From contig NW_026781945.1 in assembly GCF_031769215.1 (NCBI RefSeq), positions 2,914,001-2,978,000 of the forward strand: DNA of 64,000 nucleotides, in the 5' to 3' direction. Both the position numbers and the translations under genes were made by a program. The notes under the pieces were generated by a model. It was not told where the DNA came from. It made no database searches and saw only the letters and a list, made by a program, of their open reading frames with translations. This document shows, piece by piece, positions 1 to 13,648 of this stretch. The stretch comes from Ylistrum balloti. Its lineage: Eukaryota. The stretch's first letter is position 1. The number at the start of each line of letters is the position of its first letter.

Positions 1-2864
1 AGTGTTGGTAGAATGGAATGTTCTAACCACAGTTGTAACATTTCTATAGTGTTGGTAGAATGGAATGTTCTAACCACAGTTGTAACATTTCTATAGTGTT
101 GGTAGAATGGACTGATCTAACCACAGTTATAACATTTCTATAGTGTTGGTAGAATGGAATGTTCTAACCACAGTTGTAACATTTCTATAGTGTTGGTAGA
201 ATGGAATGTTCTAACCACAGTTGTAACATTTCTATAGTGTTGGTAGAATGGAATGTTCTAACCACAGTTATAACATTTCTATAGTGTTGGTAGAATGGAA
301 TGTTATAACCACAGTTGTAACATTTCTATAGTGTTGGTAGAATGGAATGTTCTAACCACAGTTGTAACATTTCTATAGTGTTAGTAGAATGGAATGTTCT
401 AACCACAGTTGTAACATTTCTATAGTGTTGGTAGAATGGACTGATCTAACCACAGTTATAACATTTCTATAGTGTTGGTAGAATGGAATGTTCTAACCAC
501 AGTTGTAACATTTCTATAGTGTTGGTAGAATGGAATGTTCTAACCACAGTTGTAACATTTCTATAGTGTTGGTAGAATGGAATGTTCTAACCACAGTTGT
601 AACATTTCTATAGTGTTGGTAGAATGGAATGTTCTAACCACAATTATAACATTTCTATAGTGTTGGTAGAATGGAATGTTCTAACCACAGTTGTAACATT
701 TCTATAGTGTTGGTAGAATGGAATGTTCTAACCACAATTATAACATTTCTATAGTGTTGGTAGAATGGAATGTTCTAACCACAGTTGTAACATTTCTATA
801 GTGTTGGTAGAATGGAATGTTCTAACCACAGTTGTAACATTTCTATAGTGTTGGTAGAATGGACTGATCTAACCACAGTTATAACATTTCTATAGTGTTG
901 GTAGAATGGAATGTTCTAACCACAGTTGTAACATTTCTATAGTGTTGGTAGAATGGAATGTTCTAACCACAGTTGTAACATTTCTATAGTGTTGGTAGAA
1001 TGGAATGTTCTAACCACAGTTGTAACATTTCTATAGTGTTGGTAGAATGGAATGTTCTAACCACAATTATAACATTTCTATAGTGTTGGTAGAATGGAAT
1101 GTTCTAACCACAGTTGTAACATTTCTATAGTGTTGGTAGAATGGACTGTTCTAACCACAGTTGTAACATTTCTATAGTGTTGGTAGAATGGACTGTTCTA
1201 ACCACAGTTATAACATTTGTATAGTGTTGGTAGAATGGACTGTTCTAACCACAGTTGTAACATTTCTATAGTGTTGGTAGAATGGACTGTTTACCATAGT
1301 TATAACCACAGTTGTAACATTTCTATAGTGTTGGTAGAATGGACTGTTCTAACCACAGTTATAACATTTCTATAGTGTTGGTAGAATAGAATGTTCTAAC
1401 CACAGTTATTTCATTTTATTGTGTTGGTAGAATGAACTGTTCTAACCACAGTTATTTCATTTTATTGTGTTGGTAGAATGGACTGATCTAACCACAGTTA
1501 TAACATTTCTTAAGTGTTGGTAGAATGGACTGTTCTAACCACAGTTATTTCATTTTATTGTGTTGGTAGAATAAACTGTTCTAACCACAGTTGTAACACT
1601 TTTTATTGTGTTGGTAGAATGAACTGTTCTAACCACAGGTATAACATTTCTATATTGTTTTTAGAATGGGCTGTTCTAACCACGGTTATAACATTTCTAT
1701 AGTATTGGTAGAATGAACTGTTCTAACCACAGGTATAACATTTCTATATTGTTTTTAGAATGGGCTGTTCTAACCACGGTTATAACATTTCTATAGTGTT
1801 GGTAGAATGGACTGTTCTATCCACAGTTATAACATTTGTATAGTGTTGATAGAATGGACTGATCTAACCACAGTTATAACATTTCTATAGTGTTGGTAGA
1901 ATGGGCTGTTCTAACCACAGTTATAACATTTCTAAAGTGCTGGTAGAATGGAATGTTCTAACCACAGTTGTAACATTTCTATTGTGTTGGTAGAATGGAA
2001 TGTTCTAACCACAGGTATAACATTTCTATAGTGTTGGTAGAATAGACTGTTCTAACCACAATTATAACATTTCTATTGTGTTGGTAGAATGGACTGTTCT
2101 AACCACAGTTTTAACATTTCTATAGTGTTGATAGAATGGACTGATCTAACCACAGTTATAACTTTTCTATAGTGTTGGCAGAATGGACTGTTCTATCCAC
2201 AGTTGTAACATGTCTACAGTGTTGGTAGAATGGGCTGTTTAAGCACAATTATAACATTTCTATAGTGTTGGTAGAATGGAATGTTCTAACCACAGGTATA
2301 ACATTTCTATAGTGTTGGTAGAATAGACTGTTCTAACCACAATTATAACATTTCTATTGTGTTGGTAGAATGGACTGTTCTAACCACAGTTTTAACATTT
2401 CTATAGTGTTGATAGAATGGACTGATCTAACCACAGTTATAACTTTTCTATAGTGTTGGCAGAATGGACTGTTCTATCCACAGTTGTAACATGTCTACAG
2501 TGTTGGTAGAATGGGCTGTTTAAGCACAATTATAACATTTCTATAGTGTTGGTAGAATGGAATGTTCTAACCACAGTTATAACATTTCTATAGTGTTGGT
2601 AGAATAGACTGTTCTAACCACAATTATAACATTTCTATTGTGTTGGTAGAATGGAATGTTCTAACCACAGTTATAACATTTCTATAGTGTTGGTAGAATG
2701 GAATGTTCTAACCACAGTTATAACAGTACTGAAATGTTGATAGAATAGGCTGTTCTAACCACAGATATAACATTTCTACAGTGTTGGTAGAATGGACTGT
2801 TCTAACCACAGTTATAACATTTCTACAGTGTTGGTAGAATGGACTGTTCTAACCACAGTTGTAG
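1..2864. repeat. 47-bp tandem minisatellite, ~61 copies, truncated by the window start
   Basis: Unit AGTGTTGGTAGAATGGAATGTTCTAACCACAGTTGTAACATTTCTAT recurs at positions 1, 48, etc. It is nearly homogeneous to ~1.3 kb, more diverged afterwards, and decays past 2864. Confidence 0.98.
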
Positions 2865-3689
2865 CATCACGGAAGAGTCGGTAGAGTGGACGGTTCTGGA
2901 TTGAGCCTGAGGTAAACTCAAAGTGATCGAAAAACACTTGAAAATGTAAAGGCGGATGTATTCTGTCTCGATTACTCAATAAGTTTCGTAATTTTCATAT
3001 ATTAACCACTTATGATGTGAGTGTCGGTAGAAGGAGCAATTTTAACAGGTTAAAACAGCAGCGAAGTGTCCACAGAATGAGTACAGTTATACAGCTAAAC
3101 ATTGATGTTTCAATCATAAGGTAGAAGAGTTCGAACAGATTTAGATTCATTGACAGTAACAAGTGGGATTGGAGTATTAAAAAAAATGATGTAAAAAGTT
3201 CAACGCACGTAATAGCCTGTCGTCAAAACAACATAGAAAAGAAAAAAGTGTAACAAAGCACAGAAAACAAAAAGTTACAAAACATCAAACGATTACATTG
3301 TGTGTTTTAAACTGTGGTCAACTTAGCCTCTAAAGATGCATGTGACGTTATGTAATGTGCAGCATTTAAACATACTTTGATCGTTATCACGGATCGTCAC
3401 TGGTGTAGCGAAATATACTGAAAGACACGAAATATCTTTCAAGACAGCCACCGGACAATAAATATGAAAACAGATCTATCAAATGCAAGGTAACATTTTG
3501 CGCAATGAGCAATCACTTTCCTTATCAAATTGATAGACGGTTCAATTTTTACAACATAGATATTCTCAACGAAGATACTGACAACCAGCAATTTGATAAT
3601 TTTTTTCATAATTTGATCCCTCTGTTTATTTCTTTATTTGGACGTTTTTTAATGAAGTATATCGCAGTATAATTCACAACCACATGTTT

Positions 3690-3900
3690 GCAACGCCTTC
3701 ACTTTTCTTTGAAAAGAAAACTCACTTAAGAAGAGAACGAAGGATTTTTTTAGTAGTTTTGGATCGAGTATAGCTATGTACAGACAACTTAATGATAACG
3801 TTCTTTTTAAACTAATAGTTCCTTTTAAGAGGGTATTGAAGAATGGTCAAGAGTTGTTTGGGGTTGTTTAAAATCCACATCCCATTAATTCTATTCTTGA
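3690..3900 (-). mobile_element. Naiad-type PLE RT internal fragment (second copy of ~4860-5060)
   Basis: Shared blocks GAGAACGAAGG, AACGTTCTT, AAGAGGGT(A/G)TTGAAGA and ATTCTAT...ATAACC in the same order as 4860-5060. Confidence 0.6.
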
Positions 3901-3994
3901 GTGAACAGTATCACAACAAGATGATAACCTGTACAGTTCATTTTTACCTCCTCCCATTGATACATTAGAATTTGATTGGCGAAAAGAAAGCAAT

Positions 3995-5375
3995 AAAATA
4001 CCAATATGTCAACATGATCTTAATCCAAACTCAAATTCAATAAAACGAGGACAAAATGTAATCAAACGAAAGATTTAAACAGAGACTTCTGAAGAATTGA
4101 CAACACATTCACGTTCTCAAATGAGAAAAAGGAATACAACAACGGAACCAATAGACAAACAAACAAGCATCAAACACAACCAGCTTCATAACGCACAATA
4201 TAGAATATTATGCTATGACGGTCGTATCAATTCTCCATAATTGTTATCAGTCTGCATCTTTTCAAACCCCTGTGTTAGGAATTTGTTGATCATTTGATGA
4301 ATTCTTGCAAATAAATCGTGAAAATGGGAACAGAATATTGAATCACTTACAACATGTAAACACCAGAGGTTGGGAATGAAAGGATGTTGCTACCCAAAAA
4401 TAGACAATTCCCAAGAGAGGAATTGAAATCATCATTGAAGTCATACAGCTTAGTGGAAAACTGTCCATGTTGTTGAAGAGTCTGTCATGTCTTAAATGTC
4501 CAATTCTGGTGGGTATATACGGTGAACGTTACCGATAGATGTTTTGTTATTTAATGACAAGACTTAATCAATATATCTGAAATTGAAATCAAACGACTTT
4601 GCAAGGTCTTGTGGGCTGTTTTGCTCTTAAATAAATTAAGCCTCGTATGAAAACAAGAATAATTCAGCCAACAGATGGGCGCTGTTGGTTCCCATAGATA
4701 TTCAAATAGTCAGTTGGAAGATCATATCTCCAAACTGGACGAAGATATTTACAACCAAATTTCGTCCTCTGTATTTTTCTTCTTTGATTTAGACGTATCT
4801 TTACGAAATACGCTTCATTCTAGTTCACAACCATTTGTTTATGCAACCGGTCACCTTTCTTTCTTGGAGTTGAAAGCTTTCATAGGATGAGAACGAAGGC
4901 GTTCTTTCAGTTTAGGATGGAGTATGCTGGTGTACAGGATGGAAAAAACAAACGTTCTTATAGAAGAAATATTTAAGAAGAGGGTGTTGAAGATAGGTCA
5001 AAAGCCCACATACTATTCATTCTATGTATTGGGTAAACAATGTCAAAATAAGACTATAACCCAGATTTTATAGTACTAAGAATGGTGTTTAGTAGTTTTG
5101 ACATTTTGATAAAGGCTTGGTTTAACAGATAGACAGGCTAGCTATTAAACATTGTTTATATGGATTCTTGTAAAGTCAACGGGGGCAGTCCGTATCCTGA
5201 TCATTAATAGGTAATCCAAATTTTTTCCAATACCAAAGCATGTTTAGCCAGATTTTTGTCTATGGAAAGATTGCATTAAGTCTAGATGGAGTTTCCTTCA
5301 TACTTTGCATACCAGAAACGCAGTAATAAAGATCAAGTAATTGGACGCCTTATCTGCAGGAAAAATTGCATACAT
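3995..5375 (-). mobile_element. Degenerate Penelope-like retroelement (probably Naiad-type): RT domain plus 3' tail
   Basis: Minus-strand translation across stops and frameshifts gives ADKASN, LYKNPYKQ..TKPLSK, LYTSILHPKLKERL, EAYFVKDTSKSKKKNTEDEI, ISMGTNSAHLLAELFLFSYEA, LAKSFDFNFRYID*VLSLNN, IYPPELDI, STKLYDFNDDFN. These match the PLE RT pattern GIPMGTNCAPLLADLFLYSYE..FRYIDDVLSLNN..KLYDKRDDFNF. The RT is followed by a non-coding tail with no endonuclease, as expected for the N-terminal-EN Naiad clade. Confidence 0.85.
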
Positions 5376-5589
5376 GTCATGTTAATTTTTAAGTGTGGAT
5401 TTAACATCAGGATCGAGGAAAGCTGACCTGTTTTGTTTTCCTTTTAGATTCTTTTAAGAAAAGATTGACCGAATGGATTTAACAAACTAAGAAAGTAAAT
5501 CCATGTTCTCACACATTGTTTGGCATAGTTTGCAAAAAAAAAAAAAAAACATAAATATCTTAAAATTCATTTTAGCGTCTAACCATTCG

Positions 5590-6085
5590 ACACAGACATA
5601 AACACATACATAACAGACATATATACTTACACACACGACACATAGATATGGCTTAACACAAACACCTACACATAACACGGACATCAATACACATACATAA
5701 CACACATATATACTTACACACATGACGCATACATATGACTTAACACAAACACCCACACATAACACGGACATCAATACATATACAACACAAAAATTATAAT
5801 CCCATATACAACACACAAATAAAACATGTAATAACCACACATTACATATAATAATCATAACTACACATACATGACACACCAACGTGATCACATAGTCATA
5901 CACAGATTATAACCACACACACGACATCCAAATGTGGCTAAAGCGATATTAACACATACAAATCATACAGATAAAACACTTACACGACACTAACACAAAT
6001 GACACACATATAACCACATACACACAAAACTGATATATAACCATACACAAGACACATATACATACTAACACACATATACACCCTA
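5590..6085. repeat. CA-rich low-complexity region with an 87-bp internal duplication
   Basis: CACATACATAA... starts at 5603 and again at 5690. This explains the repetitive V/C/Y-rich ORFs in the ORF track. Confidence 0.85.
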
Positions 6086-8342
6086 CAGTTAAGAGCAAAT
6101 CGCCAGACCAGATGAAACAAAGAAAACACAGCATGGAATAAGAGTACACGCCATGAGAGGAGACAGAGTACAGGTTAGGAGAAACGACCTCTAGTTCCTC
6201 TCTAATTAAAAGTGACGTTTATATCAGTTTTATGTTTTTATTCTGTCGGTATCCGTCATAACAAAATCTTGTATCAAACGTGTCTATATATTCATCAAAC
6301 TGCCTTTAAGTTTATAGTTATTATCTTCTTTTCCTACAAGCACAATAGATATATACATATGCATGAAACACAGATGGCCCCAGCCAATTAAAGGTGTAAT
6401 GTAGACGTCACCTGCAATGAAGTTTACGACATGACAGATGACAGCTTCATATTGTACGATAATGACGTATGTCAGAACACTTGTCTATAGTGTTGGAGAA
6501 ATGATTTATTGAAAGGTTTGTTAAATAACGTGGTAAATGTTTATATCACTGAAATCTAGAAGGCTTAAATTTATTCACAAGATATGTTTGTATTTTATTG
6601 AAATAACAAAACCGTATACATTTATGTCTTTCATAACACGACGTTTTCATTATTCATCACACAAATAAATATATTACTTACATGCAACAAATGAATTATA
6701 TAACATTATCATGAAAAACATATTTTGTACCTTATATAAATGCACAGATAATGAAAGATTGATGAATCTAAACTTGCATTTCGTTAAATACAGTATACAA
6801 AACTGTCATCCATTTACTTGTTTTAAAAAAAAGTTCTTGAAATACACATGCATTTAATTACATGAATACAAACGTTACCTAACCTCTAACGTGACGCTAC
6901 CGAAATCGATACCGTGCCCAAGTTGATACCTTTTGCGGAGTAAGTGTTCGTCAAGCACTGTTAATGAAATATGCTGAAATTCACACTGATTGTGTAAAAA
7001 TAACAACATCTAACTGTTTATTCGACACTGATTTATTTTACAAAAGTTTATCTACAAGATTCTATCGAAATGGGCAAAAATGTCATAAGTATTATATTCA
7101 CAAATCATACGGTCGTGCGACGATTATTTTTCTAGTCCTTCTAGACATTTTTAAACATAACCAAATAATCGATTATAACATGATAAGCTCAAAAATCCAA
7201 ATCAATATCACTTTTGTCTAGAAAATATCTTCAGTGGTTCGATTTTGTATCGACAAGCCACTACTGTTGTCGTCTCCGCCATCTTGTTTACACTGCCGTG
7301 CTCATGGCGTCACTCAAAAACGCAAGGTGACTGAAAGAAAATCCGGTTATGCTCTTCGTGACATGAAAGCTGCCTTGTCAAGATACAAGATTGCCTGTAA
7401 ATAATAAAGGATTTGGGGGTAATTTTCTTCTTTTTATTCGTATTGACAATGACATAAAAAAAATTCCAGACCAGTATACAATAGTTTCACAGATACGTTA
7501 TGTAGAAAGTATTATTTCTACTTTAATATACCAATAAAATGACACTTGTCGAATATCTGTGTGTGTATATGAGGTAAAATAGGTCTTCTCTCACTTATTA
7601 TGTAATAACACAAATTAAACAGAAAACTAACCTTTCAAATGTATGCAGGGACCTACATCTAGCCAAGTCTCAGGTCAGAGTTAACATATTGTCTTTTTTT
7701 CTAGTGGAGATTATGCCATTTAAAAGAAAAATAATAATATGTTTTGTTGTATATAAAGAACATGACTCATAAGCCCTGAAGAGCTATTAAATATTAAAAT
7801 GAAACATTTCCCAGAAGTTATTTAATATAGTAAAAGCATGCACTATCAAATACCAGGTAAACAAATATCCGGACTAAGAAGATCTTTGCACTATTTACAT
7901 TAAACATAACTTTATATTCTGTTTATGTTAAATCTTTGTTAATTTTGATGTGAATTAAAAAAGGTATTTTTAAATGGATATCTCATTAGTATAATTTACG
8001 TGTATATCTAAGAGATACCTATACATAGCCTAATTTCAGAGTAAAAAGAATTAATTAAGGTTTCAATTTCTGATTTACATTTGAATGCTTCTATACCATT
8101 TGACCTTACCAGTAAAAAAACGAACACATGTACATGACTCAGACATGTAACAAATCATTTAGTGCAGGTACAAAAACGTTTAAATTTTATTTTCAAATTC
8201 AAGTATAAGTCATTTATCTCAATCCAAACTGCTATTTGCAGTAAACAATGCTTTCAAAGACAAACTAAACAATAAAAATAACACTGTCAAGGATAATGAA
8301 CTGAACCATATGATTGTTGAATGTCGTTTGAAAGTCAATCAA

Positions 8343-8450
8343 GTCACATTGTAACCAGCTGGGGATGAGCTCCATACTGTAACACGTGTCACAGTCACAT
8401 TGTAACAAGCTGAGGATGAGCTCCGTACTTAGATACACGTGTCACAGTCA
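8343..8450. repeat. 51-bp tandem duplication (2 copies)
   Basis: GTCACATTGTAAC(C/A)AGCTG(G/A)GGATGAGCTCC...ACACGTGTCACA at 8343 and 8394. Confidence 0.85.
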
Positions 8451-8473
8451 AGAGACATCTTTGCTCTCATGAT

Positions 8474-8689
8474 GACCAAAATAAGGAGTAATTCTCAAAG
8501 GAGGAAGAAATAGTTATATTGGTGAATACTAGTCATCCCATAAATTATTCTTGTATGACTTGAAACGCCATCCAGAATTGATATAGAGAAAATTCCAAAC
8601 CTATTCTTTGTATGTCTAATGAAACACTTTCCTTTCATTCCTGAATCAGAAAGCAGCAATGCAATATCTTGGTTAGACAATGTAGCCAT
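8474..8689 (-). pseudogene. SH2-domain remnant (SOCS4-7-like betaD motif), probably disabled
   Basis: The sequence LSNQDIALLL-SDSGMK-GKCFIRHT-KNRFG-IFSISI-LDGVS-SHTRII-YGMTSIHQYNYFFLL*ELL follows SH2 order and spacing: alphaA, betaB GxFLxRxS with the invariant Arg, betaC, betaD HxRI, then F-x-x-L-x-E-L. There is an in-frame TGA at 8495-8497 and in-frame stops just upstream of the ATG. Confidence 0.55.
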
Positions 8690-11164
8690 TAATGTTCATC
8701 CTTACGTCATATTGACAGACGTATTTAATGATTAAAAAGGAACAAGTTATCAATATAAGGCATTCTTTCATATTACAGACTAAACCCATACCAGACTGTG
8801 ACCCTACCTTTGCCTTCCCTTCTACATGTACCAGGTAATATATGGAGGCAGATACTCTACCTCTATATCCATATCTAAACTATCATATCTAAATTATTCC
8901 ATACGCATTGTAGTATCATGAATTTGATATATATAATATAACTGTATTTGCCATTTTCGGACAAGGTATACATCAATAATGACTTTATTAATGATCTATT
9001 TAGAACAACTTTTCAATACAACACATTCGGCAGCACCATATACAGGTGCATGGTTTTTACCAACCTCGTAAGTTATAAGAATGTTATAAGAAGGAAGAAA
9101 AACAGAACCATTAAGTATAATACATGAATAATGAAAGGTATCTATACATGTAGATCTCTGATATTTGACATATGTTGTATACATTGGAAGAAAATAAGCT
9201 TTTTCTGGCCTGCTAAGAAACAAATTGTCAAAATAAAGCAAACATTTGGAATTTGATCCGCGTCAAACGAAATATTAAGGTAAACCATTGAAAACTGGTG
9301 CCATTTTGGATAGTGTCACGTTTAAATTCATATTGAAAGGTAATATGCTCTTGTCTTTTGTACACTCCGTTAGAAACAGACATATTTCAATGGCATTGTA
9401 ATAGGTTACTACTTAATCAGTAAAATGATATAAACATTCTTGGTTGATGAAAAGCGTATATTTCATAATAAATGATTTTTTCGTTTAATAATCAGACCTT
9501 ACAGACAGTAAAACAACATGATAAATTATTATTGCAACTAGAGATCGATGTAATGAAGACAAAACAATAATAATAATTACGTGACGGATCCGGAAAAACA
9601 TAAAATATAAACATAAAAAGTCGTTAACGTTAATCAATAAATGTCATAATTTAAAGTTTCTTACTAAAGAAAACCATGTGTAACGAAAGGGTTAGCGTCT
9701 TCTAGTTCATGACGACACCCAAACAAGTATCATGATTTGTATATAATGAGAACAACACCGATTCATCGTATTTACATCACAGTTCAGCACCAGGGTTTTA
9801 ACTGTAAACACGTAAACCTGAATCTTTCAAAACCTAAAATAATTGCTTGTTTTTGCCCACATCTATAACATAAATTGTGATATTGAAAATTCAAAAAGAA
9901 AGAAAGAAAACGAGCTCAGCTGACTTAAGGAAATATCTTTATGCAGAAAGCAGGGATATTTCAAGAGAGAAATCGAAAATATACTATACTACTGCAAATC
10001 AATAATAGTGTAATAATAACTATGGGCCTGAGGAAGATGTGAAACAGGTCTAGAAACTGCCATACTATTGATGAAGAGTTGATAACCTTTTAAAAGTAAC
10101 TTTTTTTATTTGTCAGAAAAGAAGAAAATTATGTATCATGTCTTATTTTATTACTTATTATCAATCTTATAAAAAAACAACATATCGTAGGTTGTTTTAC
10201 TGAAAATACCTTTAAAAATGTACTTAAGACACATATAGCATTATAGCACCTTCTCATTCAGTTAAGTCAAAGATTTTACAAATCTATATTAGCTATGTTT
10301 ATTATTTCTGTAATCAAATAATCTTTCATTATAATTTGATAAGATATTGTATTCTTTATAAGCATTATATAACATTTAATCTCTATAAATACTAAAGATA
10401 TATATCTATAATTTGAACTATTTTACTGCAAAAGAGCAAAAGACACTAAATAACAACATTCTGCATACTATCATATAGAAATGACAGGGATTAACAAAAA
10501 GAACTGCAGCATCAGATGATACGGAGCAACATGGATTCATATTATCTTTTGAGATATGGTGACCACAGCTTGTTGTCTGCTGTACGCTGTTTATAGAGAT
10601 AAGTGGAGAGCCATGATCAATGACTTAAAAGCAGCAGTTTACAAACAATACATACAACCATATTGATTATACAATCAAAGTCAGTTACTTTGTTACCTTG
10701 TCTTATAAAAAAATCCTGTGTCAATTCAGAATAAATCGGCCAAGAGATGGACATAGTTTGCTAATTTGAGTGTAACAATTGACTTTTCTCCTTAAACTAA
10801 ATTATACAAGAAATTGTTAATAAGGAAATAATATGGGGATTTTTATTTATCACATTTTCTATCGCTTTGACGATAAAAAGTACTATTTATATATATATCA
10901 CAATTGGTTGCTATTATATCCTATATATTATATCAGAAATTTCTATATCATCTGTTGAAAGATGATCTAGCAATATCCTGGTTACGATAATTATACAGCA
11001 ACAAGTGTTTATCTGATAAAATATGAAATAATAGAAAATAATAATGATGAAATAAAAGATTAATGATGTTTAGAAATGCATAGAAGCTAGACTGCGATTT
11101 ACAGTCTAGGGACTACGATTTACAGTCTAGACCTCTTCCGCATACTTAAAAAACCCATCCCTTT

Positions 11165-11630
11165 GACAATGGGAGAAGCCTCGCGTATGAGTCTCTTTAC
11201 CCTGATAAAGTGCCATTGCAGTAGGCACTTAAGTTAACGTAAAATCCTTCAAACCTGGCTTTCCACACCTGTGCTTAATCTAAAATGGAAATCCTTCTTT
11301 TAAAACAAGCCTCTCCCTTCTCTCGTTTAGAGAATGACAAAATGAATGTCGACAAAATTGAATCATTTGAAAGAATTAAAATTCCTCCATGGCTTTTCCC
11401 GGGGTCGATTTTTTTAAAAAATTTTTAGTCTGTATATATGTTTGAATCAGAAGACATTGATAAGATGGCCACGTCCTTGATTGATCCAGCTCATGGATTC
11501 CAGGTACCAAACAATGCTTCAATCATTTCCGCATGAACACATTTTGTTTACATTTATCTTGCCCTTGAACATATAAAAACTAATGATATGCTAATAAGAG
11601 CAACCATATAAGCTATAGCGATAGAAATCA
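11165..11630 (+). mobile_element. I/Nimb-clade LINE remnant (RT-RNase H linker and RNase H)
   Basis: DKVPLQ*ALKLT*NPSNLAFHT, LNLKWKSFF*NKP, IKIPPWLFP, VYMFESEDIDKMATS, GFQVPNNASIISA*, YLALEHIK. These parallel the I/Nimb pattern KLALQYALKL.SNPSNPAF..PPW..IYTDGSK..RLPNNASIFSAE..AI.LAL..I. Confidence 0.75.
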
Positions 11631-13164
11631 TAACAATACCTTAATTCTCAATACATTGATTCTACTACATAGTCCTATATCAAATAGCTTGTTTTGCTGG
11701 GTTTCTAGGTACAAATCGCGGGTAACCTACAGGAAATCGTGCCGTCGAAAACGACTTTATTACCACCATCCATCGATTTTAAACCACATTTTACATAGTT
11801 TATACCGTTTCTGAACACTTTTGTTATGTCACTAGGACAAAATCAATGTGCAGAAAAATTCCAATGGATTAAACCGATTATAGGTGACTGGCCTCCATAG
11901 AAACGAGGTCGTCTTTGTCGTCTTCGAGTAGACTGTACGTAACTCCATAACATATATAGAGAAAACCAGCCACAGCACATAACATACAAACAACCACTTA
12001 CAATAAAACACATTTTATTGCACTGAATTCATTTGCAGATTACCATAGTTAAGATTTAAAAGAAAACAATATTGATTGTTTTTGTGTTTGGGGTTTATTT
12101 CAACAGAAAACATATTTAAAATTTTAGACTGCTGAAAGCTGTTGGTCTGTTTAACAACATATATCTTATCATGTTTGAATTCAATTTTTGTACTGGTATC
12201 TAGAAATGTGTCGTCAACATTATTCGTTTGTTTGATGTTGTTTAATTTTACTCCTTTTTGACAATAATTTTCTACCCCTGATGACCTTCTAGGGGTTAAT
12301 GACCCGTAATGATAATAATGTTCATACTTGAGTAGCTGGTAACATATCATCCAATTTATGTCCTTCTTTATCATTTGTTTTTGCCTTAAAAAACCCAAAT
12401 CAATACGTTTAAAACCAATTATATACTGTATTATACCCATTAAAGATATGGTTACAGCACAGGTTTCGAGAGACGCTGATTGCTGGAGATTATGGGAGAT
12501 TTTCGTGGATTACATCATAATCCCAATGAAAAAGTATACAAAAAATATCCTTGGGTTTCGATGCCCATTAGTTTACGTAGTCGTTTCGTTGTTGTTATCC
12601 TTGTTCTTTTTTGAGAACGTTACATTACAGATTGACGAAGATTTATATGGCGCACGCCCAATCTATGATGCAGAAGACACCTATCCTTCCAGAACGTTTA
12701 CTTTTTTCAAGAGCTTGTTTAAATCTTTCTTTTGTTAAAGTTTATCTCGTCTCGTTTCGTTTTCATGAATATGCTTTTCCTAATTTGTTGGTATTTTCTT
12801 GTTGTATAGATACATCGATTATATATCTGATATCAACAACGAGAGTTTTGGTGAAAAGTTCAACGATTGTAAATGACAATATCCCCTTATTGTATTAACA
12901 CCTATTAAGACAGACCATGTCATTCTCTTTAATTCTCCACAATAAGACAAGAACAGACAGCGCACTCATGTGCACAGTCATCTGTCACATCCTGACAACC
13001 ATATCTCTTTTTTTCAGCCATTATCAGCCAACCATTTCCTGTTTAAAAATGTAATGATGACATCTGACCTTTTTAAGAACAAGAGTAAGTTTAAAACATC
13101 ATCTCACCTACCATAAATTAATATTGATATTTTTAAAATCCGAACCTTAACAACCCCGAATGAA

Positions 13165-13630
13165 GTCAGGTGATACCGCTACCTGATGTAACCTCAGATA
13201 AGAACTTTTTTTGTGATGCTACTACCTGTCGCAACACATATGAAATTCCTATCAGGTGATGCAGCTACCTTACGTAACATCAGATAAGTACCTGTCAGGT
13301 GATGTCGCTACCTGACGTAATATCAGATAAGTACTTGTCAGGTGATGCCACTACCTGACGTAGTATCAGATAAGTATTTGTCTGGTGATGCCACTACCTG
13401 ACATAACCTCAGATAAGTACTTGTCTGGTGATGCCGCTACCTGACGTAGTATCAGATAAGTTTTTGTCTGGTGATGCCACTACCTGACGTAGTATCAGAT
13501 AAGTATTTGTCTGGTGATGCCACTACCTGACGTAGCATCAGATAAGTACTTGTCAGGTGATGCCGCTACCTGACGTAGCATCAGATAAGTACTTGTCTAG
13601 TGATGCAGCTATCTGACTTAATAACAGGTA
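13165..13630. repeat. 43-bp tandem minisatellite, ~10 copies
   Basis: Unit GTCAGGTGATGCCGCTACCTGACGTAGCATCAGATAAGTACTT; period measured from 13294 to 13337. Confidence 0.95.
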
Positions 13631-13648
13631 GTTTCACAACAAGGAATA

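Noticed and set aside
7273-7285. YY1/Kozak-like CAAGATGGCG motifs here (-) and at ~24935 (+)
   Set aside because: The downstream ORFs stop within 25 codons, and the motif is common in transposon remnants.
12015-12898. Overlapping 141-, 126- and 95-aa ORFs on both strands
   Set aside because: No recognisable domain or convincing splice sites; ORFs this size occur by chance here. A blastx would settle it.
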